Assembly: GCA_947484175.1 (NCBI GenBank)
Contig: CANKOI010000002.1
Span: 22,222 to 86,221 of the forward strand
DNA: 64,000 bases
Source of the DNA: Deltaproteobacteria bacterium
GTDB taxonomy: Bacteria; Myxococcota_A; UBA796; SXON01
Direction: 5' to 3'
Positions within the stretch are counted from its first letter, which is position 1. Every line of letters begins with the position of its first letter. Position numbers and translations under genes: made by a program. The notes beneath the pieces are model-generated. The model made no database searches. It was not told where the DNA came from and was given only the letters and a program-made list of their open reading frames with translations. Shown piece after piece: positions 36,503-44,199 of the stretch.

Positions 36503-36815
36503 CGACCATCACGTTCGTGCTGCCCTCGATCATCTGCCCCACGCCCCCGCAGTGGGTGTCCGTGTCCCCGAGGCGATGCGCGGGGAGGCCGTTGATCAGC
36601 ACCGTTCCCGACCCCTTCGCGGCAACCCATGTGTTCGGGCCGCAACAGGCGGCATGCACCCCGTTGTCGGTGACGCGGAGGGCGGGTCGGCCGTTGACCA
36701 GCACCGTCGGCGAACCCTTGATCGCCGGGCCCACCGCCGGGTGGGGGCAAGCGGGGCAGCCGTGAGCATCGGCGGGGACCATGGACTTGTCGCCTAGCCG
36801 GCATTGAGGGGGCAT
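36495..36815 (-). CDS. PAAR-domain spike-tip protein
   Basis: PQCRLGD, PALRVTD, PAHRLGD repeats; GSPTVLVNG, GSTNVMVGG; His/Cys metal ligands. Confidence 0.93.
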   Translation of the reverse strand: MPPQCRLGDKSMVPADAHGCPACPHPAVGPAIKGSPTVLVNGRPALRVTDNGVHAACCGPNTWVAAKGSGTVLINGLPAHRLGDTDTHCGGVGQMIEGSTNVMVGG

Positions 36816-36837
36816 CGACGGCTTCCGAGGAGGGAGG

Positions 36838-36864
36838 AGTGTAGCATGGCGGGGGTGCTACACT
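36838..36864. promoter_or_regulatory. Symmetric bidirectional promoter (two extended -10 elements)
   Basis: AGTGTAGCA-N9-TGCTACACT; each arm reads TGCTACACT (TGnTAnnnT) on its own strand. Confidence 0.65.
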
Positions 36865-36870
36865 GCTCGC

Positions 36871-37113
36871 ATGAGCGAAAGTGACGCCCGCCGCGAGCGC
36901 GCCGCCCTCCGTCGAGCGACGTGGTGCAGCGTGTTGAATCCCACGGAGAACCGGCCCCCCGCGGCGGCCACCCCCGAGGGGCGCATCCTCGCGATGATCG
37001 AGTTGCCACTCCACGCGCACGTCGCGTCGGGTCGGGAGCTTCCGACCTACACCCGGAGCGAGATGCCCGGCCGTGTCGTTCGCGCGCACGAGGACGACGA
37101 CGCCAGCAGCTGA
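36871..37113 (+). CDS. Small hypothetical protein
   Basis: 80 aa ORF starting 6 nt after TACACT; ends in SGRELPTYTRSEMPGRVVR. Confidence 0.6.
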   Translation: MSESDARRERAALRRATWCSVLNPTENRPPAAATPEGRILAMIELPLHAHVASGRELPTYTRSEMPGRVVRAHEDDDASS

Positions 37114-37184
37114 CTCCGGAAAGGGCCGACCGAGCCCGCGGGAGCGGGCGGTTGCCCCCGCCCACCGCGAGAAGTCCTAGTTTC

Positions 37185-37577
37185 TCAGTTGTCCTGTGCC
37201 CCATCCTCGATCCACGCCCGAACCAAGTCGATGCGGTCCTGCTCAAGCGGCACGCCCGGCATGGGATCGCCCACGATACCGGTGGCGTCCTCCATCTTCA
37301 TCACGAGGTAGCTGCCGTCGGGATCGCCGGGGATGACGCGGGTCTGTGTGGCGTCGCCGTCGGCCGGAACCCCGACGAGGTTCACGAAGCTACTGCCGAC
37401 CGTGAGCGAGAGGTTGCCACTTCCGCCGCCATCGCCGTGACAGGTCGAAAACGCGCAGGACATGTCGAACACCTGGGCCTGCACGTTCACCAGCGTGGGG
37501 GCAAACTCGGCCCCCGTGTCGCCCCCGGAATCCCCGTCGGCGCCCGGACAGCCCAGCAGCAGAAGCAGGCTAATCAC
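37185..37577 (-). CDS. Lipoprotein with an atypical c-type haem motif (CX4CH)
   Basis: MISLLLLLGC; CAFSTCH; RVIPGDPDGSYL..K; GDPMP; RAWI..GA. Confidence 0.75.
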   Translation of the reverse strand: MISLLLLLGCPGADGDSGGDTGAEFAPTLVNVQAQVFDMSCAFSTCHGDGGGSGNLSLTVGSSFVNLVGVPADGDATQTRVIPGDPDGSYLVMKMEDATGIVGDPMPGVPLEQDRIDLVRAWIEDGAQDN

Positions 37578-38502
37578 TGCACACCACCGGGGAGACCGAG
37601 CCGATGAGCATGCCGTACGTGGCGCACATCTCTGCGGGAAACTCCAAGGCTTCGTCGGTGTCGTTGAACCACTCGCAGGTCGTACGAAGGGTGCCGTCGC
37701 TGCGGAACCAGAGCTCGTCTCGTTCGTAGTGGTTTAGCGGGGGGGCGTCGCGGTACACGGGGTCCCACTCCGGGATTTCGTACTCGAGTTCCAGCGCGTC
37801 ATCCACGCCGTACTCAAACTGGAAGCGCGTGCCGTGTTCGTGCATGTGGCCGGTGAGGTACATCACCTCGTAGTCCTCGTCGAACGCGCAGTCGAAGGTG
37901 AGGGTGGAGGCCTGTGCGGCAGGCAGGCTCAGGTTCACCTGCGTGAGCGCGAAGGCGGCGGCCCAGGTCTCAACCTCGGCCTCGGGCATCAACCCCACGT
38001 TCATGATGTCGCGCTGCAAGATGCGGTCTTCGGTGGTGTTCACGTAGTGCGACTGGAAAACGTACCGCTGGCCTTCGTTGAGCTTCACCGCCATGCCCTC
38101 GGGCAGGACGATCCGGGAGCGCCCCGCGTCGATCGGCTCGGCGTTGATGAGAGGCTCAAAACTCGTCATCATGGTGTTCGTCTGCGTGCAGTCCACCGTT
38201 GCGCCGTCGGGGTAGTCCAGCGTGCTCGCCGCGGAGCCCAGCAGGATGAGGTGATGGCCGGTGGTGCCCTGCCAGCTCTCGAAGCTGGTGATGCCGATGT
38301 CGGGGCCCGTGTAGGTGCCGAACGTGCAGTACTGCACCTCCTGACCGGGCTCGATGATCACTTCGGGGCCAAACCACTGCTCACCCCCGGCCGGGATGGC
38401 GTCCACGTCAGAGGGCTCGAGGCGATCGTCGATGACGTCGGAAGCGGGGGTGCCGCTCTCCGATTCCGGAGTTTCGGCACAGGCGAGGAGCAGGAGGATC
38501 AT
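37570..38502 (-). CDS. Copper type II monooxygenase-like lipoprotein (PHM/DBH fold)
   Basis: GHHLIL and QSHYVN (CuH), GHMH and EMC (CuM). Confidence 0.85.
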   Translation of the reverse strand: MILLLLACAETPESESGTPASDVIDDRLEPSDVDAIPAGGEQWFGPEVIIEPGQEVQYCTFGTYTGPDIGITSFESWQGTTGHHLILLGSAASTLDYPDGATVDCTQTNTMMTSFEPLINAEPIDAGRSRIVLPEGMAVKLNEGQRYVFQSHYVNTTEDRILQRDIMNVGLMPEAEVETWAAAFALTQVNLSLPAAQASTLTFDCAFDEDYEVMYLTGHMHEHGTRFQFEYGVDDALELEYEIPEWDPVYRDAPPLNHYERDELWFRSDGTLRTTCEWFNDTDEALEFPAEMCATYGMLIGSVSPVVCSD

Positions 38503-38526
38503 GAGTTCATTCCAAGGGCAAACGGA

Positions 38527-39024
38527 TCAGGGACGGCGGAGTCCGAACACCATGGTGAACGGGGTGTCCACTTCGGGCAGGACCTGCGCCTTGTTGGTGG
38601 CGGGGATGGTGACGGGATCACCCTTGTCGCCGCAGTCCGCGTTGTTGTCGGTGTCCATGCAGCCGAGAATGTAGACGATCTGCGGCTCCAAGGGGTCGGT
38701 GGTGTAGATCACCGCGGAGGGGCCGCCTTCGACGCTGAGGTCGACCGTCACGCTGAAGTCGCCCAGGCTCACGGCGCCGTCCACGGGGCCGCTGGCGGCG
38801 TTCACATCGGCCTCGGCGAAGACCGAGCCGTTGACGAGCGCGTTCGCGGACTCGCCGTCGGCCACCAGATCGTCCACCATGTCGCTGTCCATCTTCACGG
38901 ACACGCTGAGCGTTCCGGGGCCGGTGGGCGGCGAGGTGTCGGCCACTGCCGTGTCCGCCGAGTCGGCCGAATCGGCTTCCTCGCCGGTGCAGGCCAGGAG
39001 CGCGAGGAGAACGAGGGCAGGCAT
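38527..39024 (-). CDS. Hypothetical lipoprotein
   Basis: MPALVLLALLAC; acidic beta-rich domain with DTDNNAD...GDPVT. Confidence 0.7.
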   Translation of the reverse strand: MPALVLLALLACTGEEADSADSADTAVADTSPPTGPGTLSVSVKMDSDMVDDLVADGESANALVNGSVFAEADVNAASGPVDGAVSLGDFSVTVDLSVEGGPSAVIYTTDPLEPQIVYILGCMDTDNNADCGDKGDPVTIPATNKAQVLPEVDTPFTMVFGLRRP

Positions 39025-39091
39025 GTTTCTTCCGGGGCGGGGCGCGTATCTGTGGAAGCGCCCCTGAGCAAGGCGCCAGCGGCCTCGAAGC

Positions 39092-39706
39092 TCAGCCCCC
39101 GAACAGCGCCTGCTGGCGAAGCGCATCGATCGTTCCCCACCGGGAGCGCACCCACGGCGGCAGCGGAGCGCCCGTGCGGAGCAGCTCGGTGAGCAGGGCG
39201 CGGGTTACTGGATCGGAGGGGTAGCCGGAACCGACGGGGCCAAGGGCCGCGATGGCGGCGTCGCGCACCAGCTTGGCCCCGATGCTCGCCGCGCCCACCA
39301 CCGGCCAGGTAGCGTCGGCCTTGGGCTCGATGATCCAGTCCGCCACACCGGTTTCGCGCACGAGTCGCGCCTGGAGCCGCGGAATGCCTCGGGGGTGCAC
39401 CGGCGCGTCGAGGTACACGCGATCCGGCCGAAGCTCCATCACCAACGAGATGAACGCACGAATCTCGAGCTCGTTGAGGTTGCCCTCGTCGATCTCGGCC
39501 GGCTCCACGCGCCGGGTAGCGAGCACGCCGAGCGCCTGAAGGCGCGGAAGGGCGGCCTCCCGGCGGCGAGCGGAGAGGGCCTTGCTGTCGGCTGCGCCCG
39601 CGGCCCGCAGCACCTCCTGATCCACGCCGTCGGCCAAGAACCCGCCCATCACCAACGGCCCGAGAACACAGCCCCGGCCAGCTTCATCGAGCCCAAGGAT
39701 TCGCAT
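39092..39706 (-). CDS. rnhB: Ribonuclease HII (archaeal/eukaryotic-type motif)
   Basis: GLDEAGRG, DSK, KADA, AASI.AK..RD, GSGYPSDP. Confidence 0.93.
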   Translation of the reverse strand: MRILGLDEAGRGCVLGPLVMGGFLADGVDQEVLRAAGAADSKALSARRREAALPRLQALGVLATRRVEPAEIDEGNLNELEIRAFISLVMELRPDRVYLDAPVHPRGIPRLQARLVRETGVADWIIEPKADATWPVVGAASIGAKLVRDAAIAALGPVGSGYPSDPVTRALLTELLRTGAPLPPWVRSRWGTIDALRQQALFGG

Positions 39707-39785
39707 CCCCTCGCGCTATCCCACCTCGGCCTTGTGGCGACCGGCGAGACCGATTAGACGCGGCCACCCCTCCCCGAAGGTGTGC

Positions 39786-40157
39786 GTGGCGAATCCGTAC
39801 GTCCCGGTGCTCATCTCGATTGTCATCGCCGTGGTCTTCTCCCTCGTGTTCGTGGGCGGAAGTCGGTTTCTCGGCCCCCGTCGGCCAACCGCCACCAAGA
39901 CTTCGCTCTTCGAGTGCGGCATGCCAGGGCGCTTCCACGCCGAGCAGCGCTTCTCCGTGAAGTTCTACATGGTGGCGGTGCTGTTCATTCTGTTCGACCT
40001 CGAGGCGGTGTTCCTCTTTCCGTGGTCGGTGGTGTTTCGGCAGTTCGTGGAGGAAGGCCAAGCGGTGCTGGTCTTCACCGAGATGGTGGTGTTCCTCGGC
40101 GTGCTGTTTCTGGGCTGGTTCTACTGTTTGAAGCGGGGGGCTTTCCAATGGGACTAG
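39786..40157 (+). CDS. nuoA: NADH-quinone oxidoreductase subunit A
   Basis: FECG, FILFDLE, GAFQWD. Confidence 0.95.
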   Translation: MANPYVPVLISIVIAVVFSLVFVGGSRFLGPRRPTATKTSLFECGMPGRFHAEQRFSVKFYMVAVLFILFDLEAVFLFPWSVVFRQFVEEGQAVLVFTEMVVFLGVLFLGWFYCLKRGAFQWD

Positions 40158-40630
40158 AAAACGAGCTTGAAGGCATGCCGGTCCTCGCCACCCGGCTCGA
40201 CGAGGTGATCAACTGGGGACGAAAGTACGCGTTGTGGCCGCTGCCCTACGGCACCGCCTGCTGCGCCATCGAATTCATGGGCGTGGTTTCGAGCCGGTTC
40301 GACGTGTCGCGGTTCGGCGCCGAGCTGGTGCGCTTCTCGCCGCGCCAGGCCGACCTGCTCCTCGTGATGGGCACGATCACCCAGAAGATGGCGCCCGTGC
40401 TCAAGCAGATCTACGACCAGATGCCCAACCCGAAGTGGGTGGTGTCGATGGGCGCATGCGCCTCCTCGGGCGGGTTCTACGACAACTACAGCGTGGTGCA
40501 GGGCATCGACGAGCTCATTCCTGTCGACGTGTACGTGGCCGGCTGTCCGCCGCGACCCGAGAACGTCATCGGGGCCATCGTGAAGATCCAAGAGAAGATC
40601 TCGCACGAGTCCATCCGGAACTGGCGGTAG
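40148..40630 (+). CDS. nuoB: NADH-quinone oxidoreductase subunit B
   Basis: TACCAIE, SPRQAD, GACA, GCPPRPE. Confidence 0.97.
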   Translation: MGLENELEGMPVLATRLDEVINWGRKYALWPLPYGTACCAIEFMGVVSSRFDVSRFGAELVRFSPRQADLLLVMGTITQKMAPVLKQIYDQMPNPKWVVSMGACASSGGFYDNYSVVQGIDELIPVDVYVAGCPPRPENVIGAIVKIQEKISHESIRNWR

Positions 40631-40638
40631 GAGGAGTC

Positions 40639-41184
40639 ATGACCGAACGTGAGATCATGGCCCGAGTGCAGGCGAAGCTCGGCGCAAAGGTGCTCCAGGC
40701 CTACGAGTTCCGCGGGCAGTGCGCGGTGACCATTGCGCCCAGCGAGCTGCGCCCGCTGCTCACTTGGCTGCGTGACGACTCCGACATCCAGACCGACTGG
40801 CTCCTCGACGTGGGAGGCGTAGACTACCTCGGCTACTCCCCGACCGACGGCTCCGGCGACGACGACCGGGAGTGGCGCTACGAAGTGGCCTACCAGCTGT
40901 ACTCGATGAGGCACAACCATCGTTTCCGCGTGAAGGTGGCGGTAGCCGAACCCAACTTGGTGGTTCCGAGCGTGTGGGACCTCTGGGGCATCGCGAACTG
41001 GATGGAGCGTGAGGTGTGGGACCTCTACGGAATCCGCTTCGAGGGGCACCCCAACCTGCGCCGCATCCTGTGCCACGACGAGTTCGTGGGCCACGCGCTC
41101 CGCAAGGACTACCCCATCAACAAGCGGCAGAAGCTCACTTCCCCCGTTGAGAACATCCTGTGCGAGAAGGCGGAGTGGGCATGA
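40639..41184 (+). CDS. nuoC: NADH-quinone oxidoreductase subunit C
   Basis: EREVWDLYGI.F.GHP.LRRIL...LRKDYP; SD GGAGG. Confidence 0.95.
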   Translation: MTEREIMARVQAKLGAKVLQAYEFRGQCAVTIAPSELRPLLTWLRDDSDIQTDWLLDVGGVDYLGYSPTDGSGDDDREWRYEVAYQLYSMRHNHRFRVKVAVAEPNLVVPSVWDLWGIANWMEREVWDLYGIRFEGHPNLRRILCHDEFVGHALRKDYPINKRQKLTSPVENILCEKAEWA

Positions 41185-42377
41185 GCAGCGGAACCACCGT
41201 ACCGCCGATCCCCTCGGAGTTGATGACGATCAACGTGGGCCCGTCGCACCCGGCCACGCACGGCACCCTGCGGCTGCAGCTGCAGCTCGACGGCGAGACC
41301 ATCGTGAACTCGGCCTGCGAGATCGGGTACCTGCACCGCGGTTTTGAGAAGCAGTGCGAAACGGTGTACTACCAGTTCGTGATTCCGTACGCGGAACGCC
41401 TGAACTACATGGGCCCGGTTCACAACAGCAACGCGTGGTGCCACGCCTGCGAGCAGATGCTCGGCATCGAGGCCCCGCCCCGCGCCCAAGCGCTGCGCGT
41501 GATCACCAGCGAAATGGGCCGCATCATCGATCACGCAGTGTGCATCGGCACCAACCTCGTCGACATCGGGGCGCTCACGAACTTCTGGTACATGTACAAC
41601 TACCGGGAGAAGATCTACGACCTCTACGAGGAGCTGTGCGGCGCCCGGATGATGGTCAACTACCCGCGCATCGGCGGAGTGAGTCAGGACGCGCCGGATG
41701 GCTGGTTCGAGAAGCTCCTGCGGGTGGTAGACGAGATGCAAGAGGCGGTGGGCGACGTGCGTGCGCTCGTCGAACGCAACCGCATCTTCATGGACCGCAC
41801 CATCGGCGCCGGCGCGATCTCCAAGGAACTTGCGCTGAGCCACGGCGTCACCGGCCCTTGCCTGCGAGCCACCGGCATCCCCTACGACGTGCGGAAGGCG
41901 CAGCCCTACTGGGGCTACGACAAATACCAGTTCGACGTTCCCACCGCTGAGGGCGGCGACACCTACGATCGCACGATCGTGCGCTTTCAGGAGATGTACG
42001 AGAGCTGCAAGATCATCCGGCAAGCCGTGGCCGCGATGCCCGGCGGTCCCGTGATGGTCGACGACCACCTCGTGGCGCTGCCCGAGAAGGACAAAGTCTA
42101 CAACACGATGGAAGGCCTCATCAACCACTTCAAGCTGGTGATGCACGGCATTCAGCCCCCGAAGGGAGAGCTGTACAGCGCTACCGAAGGCGGTTGCGGC
42201 GAATTGGGCTTCTACATCGTGTCCGACGGCAGCGCGAAGCCGTGGCGAGTGCGCATCCGGCCGCCCTGCTTCGCGAACTACAGCACCTTCCCGAAGATCA
42301 TCCAGGGCGCCATGGTGGCCGACGCCATCGCCGCCTTGGGCTCCATCAACATCATCGCCGGCGAGCTCGACCGATGA
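41181..42377 (+). CDS. nuoD: NADH-quinone oxidoreductase subunit D
   Basis: GPSHPATHG, GYLHRG.EK, GELDR. Confidence 0.97.
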   Translation: MSSGTTVPPIPSELMTINVGPSHPATHGTLRLQLQLDGETIVNSACEIGYLHRGFEKQCETVYYQFVIPYAERLNYMGPVHNSNAWCHACEQMLGIEAPPRAQALRVITSEMGRIIDHAVCIGTNLVDIGALTNFWYMYNYREKIYDLYEELCGARMMVNYPRIGGVSQDAPDGWFEKLLRVVDEMQEAVGDVRALVERNRIFMDRTIGAGAISKELALSHGVTGPCLRATGIPYDVRKAQPYWGYDKYQFDVPTAEGGDTYDRTIVRFQEMYESCKIIRQAVAAMPGGPVMVDDHLVALPEKDKVYNTMEGLINHFKLVMHGIQPPKGELYSATEGGCGELGFYIVSDGSAKPWRVRIRPPCFANYSTFPKIIQGAMVADAIAALGSINIIAGELDR

Positions 42378-42940
42378 GCCACCCCGCCAAGAGCGCCGCT
42401 TCCCGAGGCCCACGCGAGTGGTCGCCCGAACAGGCAGCGGAGATCACGAAGATCCTAGCACGGTACCCCACCAAGAAGGCAGCGGTCATGCCGCTCCTGT
42501 GGATGGCGCAGGACGCCTGGGACTGGATCGATCTCGACATCATGCGGCTGATCGGGCGCACGTTGGAGCTGCCGCCGAGCCACGTGCACGCGGTGGCGAG
42601 CTTCTACACGATGTTCAAGAAGGCGCCGACCAACAAGTACTTCTTTCAGGTGTGCCACACGCTCTCCTGCGCGCTGGTGGGCTCCGACCGCATCCTCGCC
42701 CATCTTGAGGAGCGTTTGGAGCTCGACGAGAACGGCGACAGCAAAGACGGCCTCTTCAGCGTGCTGCGCGTGGAGTGCCTCGCCAGCTGCGGCTCAGGGC
42801 CGATGGCGCAGGTGAATGAACACTTCTACGAGCGCCTCACGCCCGAGATCATCGACGAGGTGATCGCCGCGCTGCGCTCCGGTCAGCAACTTCCAGAGCC
42901 CCGGCGGGAGGCGGACCAATGGATTTTCCCCGTATCCTAA
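42374..42940 (+). CDS. nuoE: NADH-quinone oxidoreductase subunit E
   Basis: VASFYTMF, CHTLSC, ECLASC. Confidence 0.95.
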   Translation: MSHPAKSAASRGPREWSPEQAAEITKILARYPTKKAAVMPLLWMAQDAWDWIDLDIMRLIGRTLELPPSHVHAVASFYTMFKKAPTNKYFFQVCHTLSCALVGSDRILAHLEERLELDENGDSKDGLFSVLRVECLASCGSGPMAQVNEHFYERLTPEIIDEVIAALRSGQQLPEPRREADQWIFPVS

Positions 42941-44199
42941 GTGGAAACTGGGATGTACCCGACTCCCACCTTCTCTCGGTGGCCAAGAGTCGCGGCGTGT
43001 ACAGCCAGCTCCCTCGCGCGCTCGCCATGGCGCCCGCCGAGATCACGCAGATCGTGAAGGACAGCGGCCTTCGCGGCCGAGGCGGCGCAGGCTTCCCCAC
43101 GGGAATGAAGTGGAGCTTCGTTCCGCCGGCCGAGAAGCGGCAGGGAAAGTCGGTCTACCTGCTGTGCAACGCCGACGAGTCCGAGCCGGGCACGTTCAAG
43201 GACCGCTACTGCCTTTGGCTCGACCCGCACCTGCTCTTCGAAGGGATGGCCATCGCCTCCCGCGCGCTCGACTGCCACGTTGGGTACATCTACCTTCGCG
43301 GCGAGTTCCGCTACATCGCCCGCCGGATGGAAGCCGCTCTTGCGGAGGCCTACGCCGCCGGGTTGCTCGGCAAGAACATCCTTGGCAGTGGGCACGACTT
43401 CGACCTCTACCTGCACGTGGGCGCCGGCGCGTACATCTGCGGCGAAGAGACCGCGCTCATCTCCTCGCTCGAGGGTGAGAAGGGCCAGCCCAAGCTGAAG
43501 CCCCCGTTTCCGGCCGTGGAAGGCGCGTGGCGCTCCCCCACCATCGTGAACAACGTGGAAACGCTCGCGGTGGTGCCTTGGCTGATCCAGCACGGAGCCG
43601 CCGCCTACAAGGCGATCGGCACCGAGAAGAGCCCCGGAACCAAGCTGTTCTCGGTGTCCGGACATGTACAGCGCCCCGGGGTGTACGAAATCCCGATGGG
43701 CATCCCCATGACCCAGTTCATCAACGAGTACGCCGGCGGGCTCCTGCCCGGGCGCACCTTGAAGGCGGTCATTCCCGGCGGAAGCTCGGTGCCGGTGATG
43801 ACCCCGGCCGAGGTCGAGCTCTGCTCGATGGACTACGAGTCGATCAGCACCCACGCCGGCAGCTACCTCGGCTCCGGCGGGTTCATCGTGATGGACGACA
43901 CCACCGACCTCGTGGCGGCGCTCACCAACCTCCTCCGGTTCTACGCACACGAGAGCTGCGGGCAGTGCACTCCCTGTCGCGAGGGCTGCGGCTGGATGCA
44001 CCAGATTCTCTGCCGCGTGCGCGACGGTGAGGCCTCGGAGGTTGACCTGGGCACGCTCCGCGACCTCGCGGACAACATCCACAGCAAGACCATCTGCTTC
44101 TTCGGCGCGAGCGCAGCGATGCCCGTGCAGAGTTTCCTCACCAAGTTCCGCGGAGAGTTCCTGGACCGGGTCCAGCGTCGCGGCGCCGGAGCCGCCTGA
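42919..44199 (+). CDS. nuoF: NADH-quinone oxidoreductase subunit F
   Basis: GRGGAGF, NADESEPG, YICGEET, SCGQCTPCREG. Confidence 0.97.
   Translation: MDFPRILSGNWDVPDSHLLSVAKSRGVYSQLPRALAMAPAEITQIVKDSGLRGRGGAGFPTGMKWSFVPPAEKRQGKSVYLLCNADESEPGTFKDRYCLWLDPHLLFEGMAIASRALDCHVGYIYLRGEFRYIARRMEAALAEAYAAGLLGKNILGSGHDFDLYLHVGAGAYICGEETALISSLEGEKGQPKLKPPFPAVEGAWRSPTIVNNVETLAVVPWLIQHGAAAYKAIGTEKSPGTKLFSVSGHVQRPGVYEIPMGIPMTQFINEYAGGLLPGRTLKAVIPGGSSVPVMTPAEVELCSMDYESISTHAGSYLGSGGFIVMDDTTDLVAALTNLLRFYAHESCGQCTPCREGCGWMHQILCRVRDGEASEVDLGTLRDLADNIHSKTICFFGASAAMPVQSFLTKFRGEFLDRVQRRGAGAA

Noticed and set aside
32752-36815. Complete T6SS or prophage
   Set aside because: No tss, sheath, tube, capsid, terminase or integrase genes in the window.
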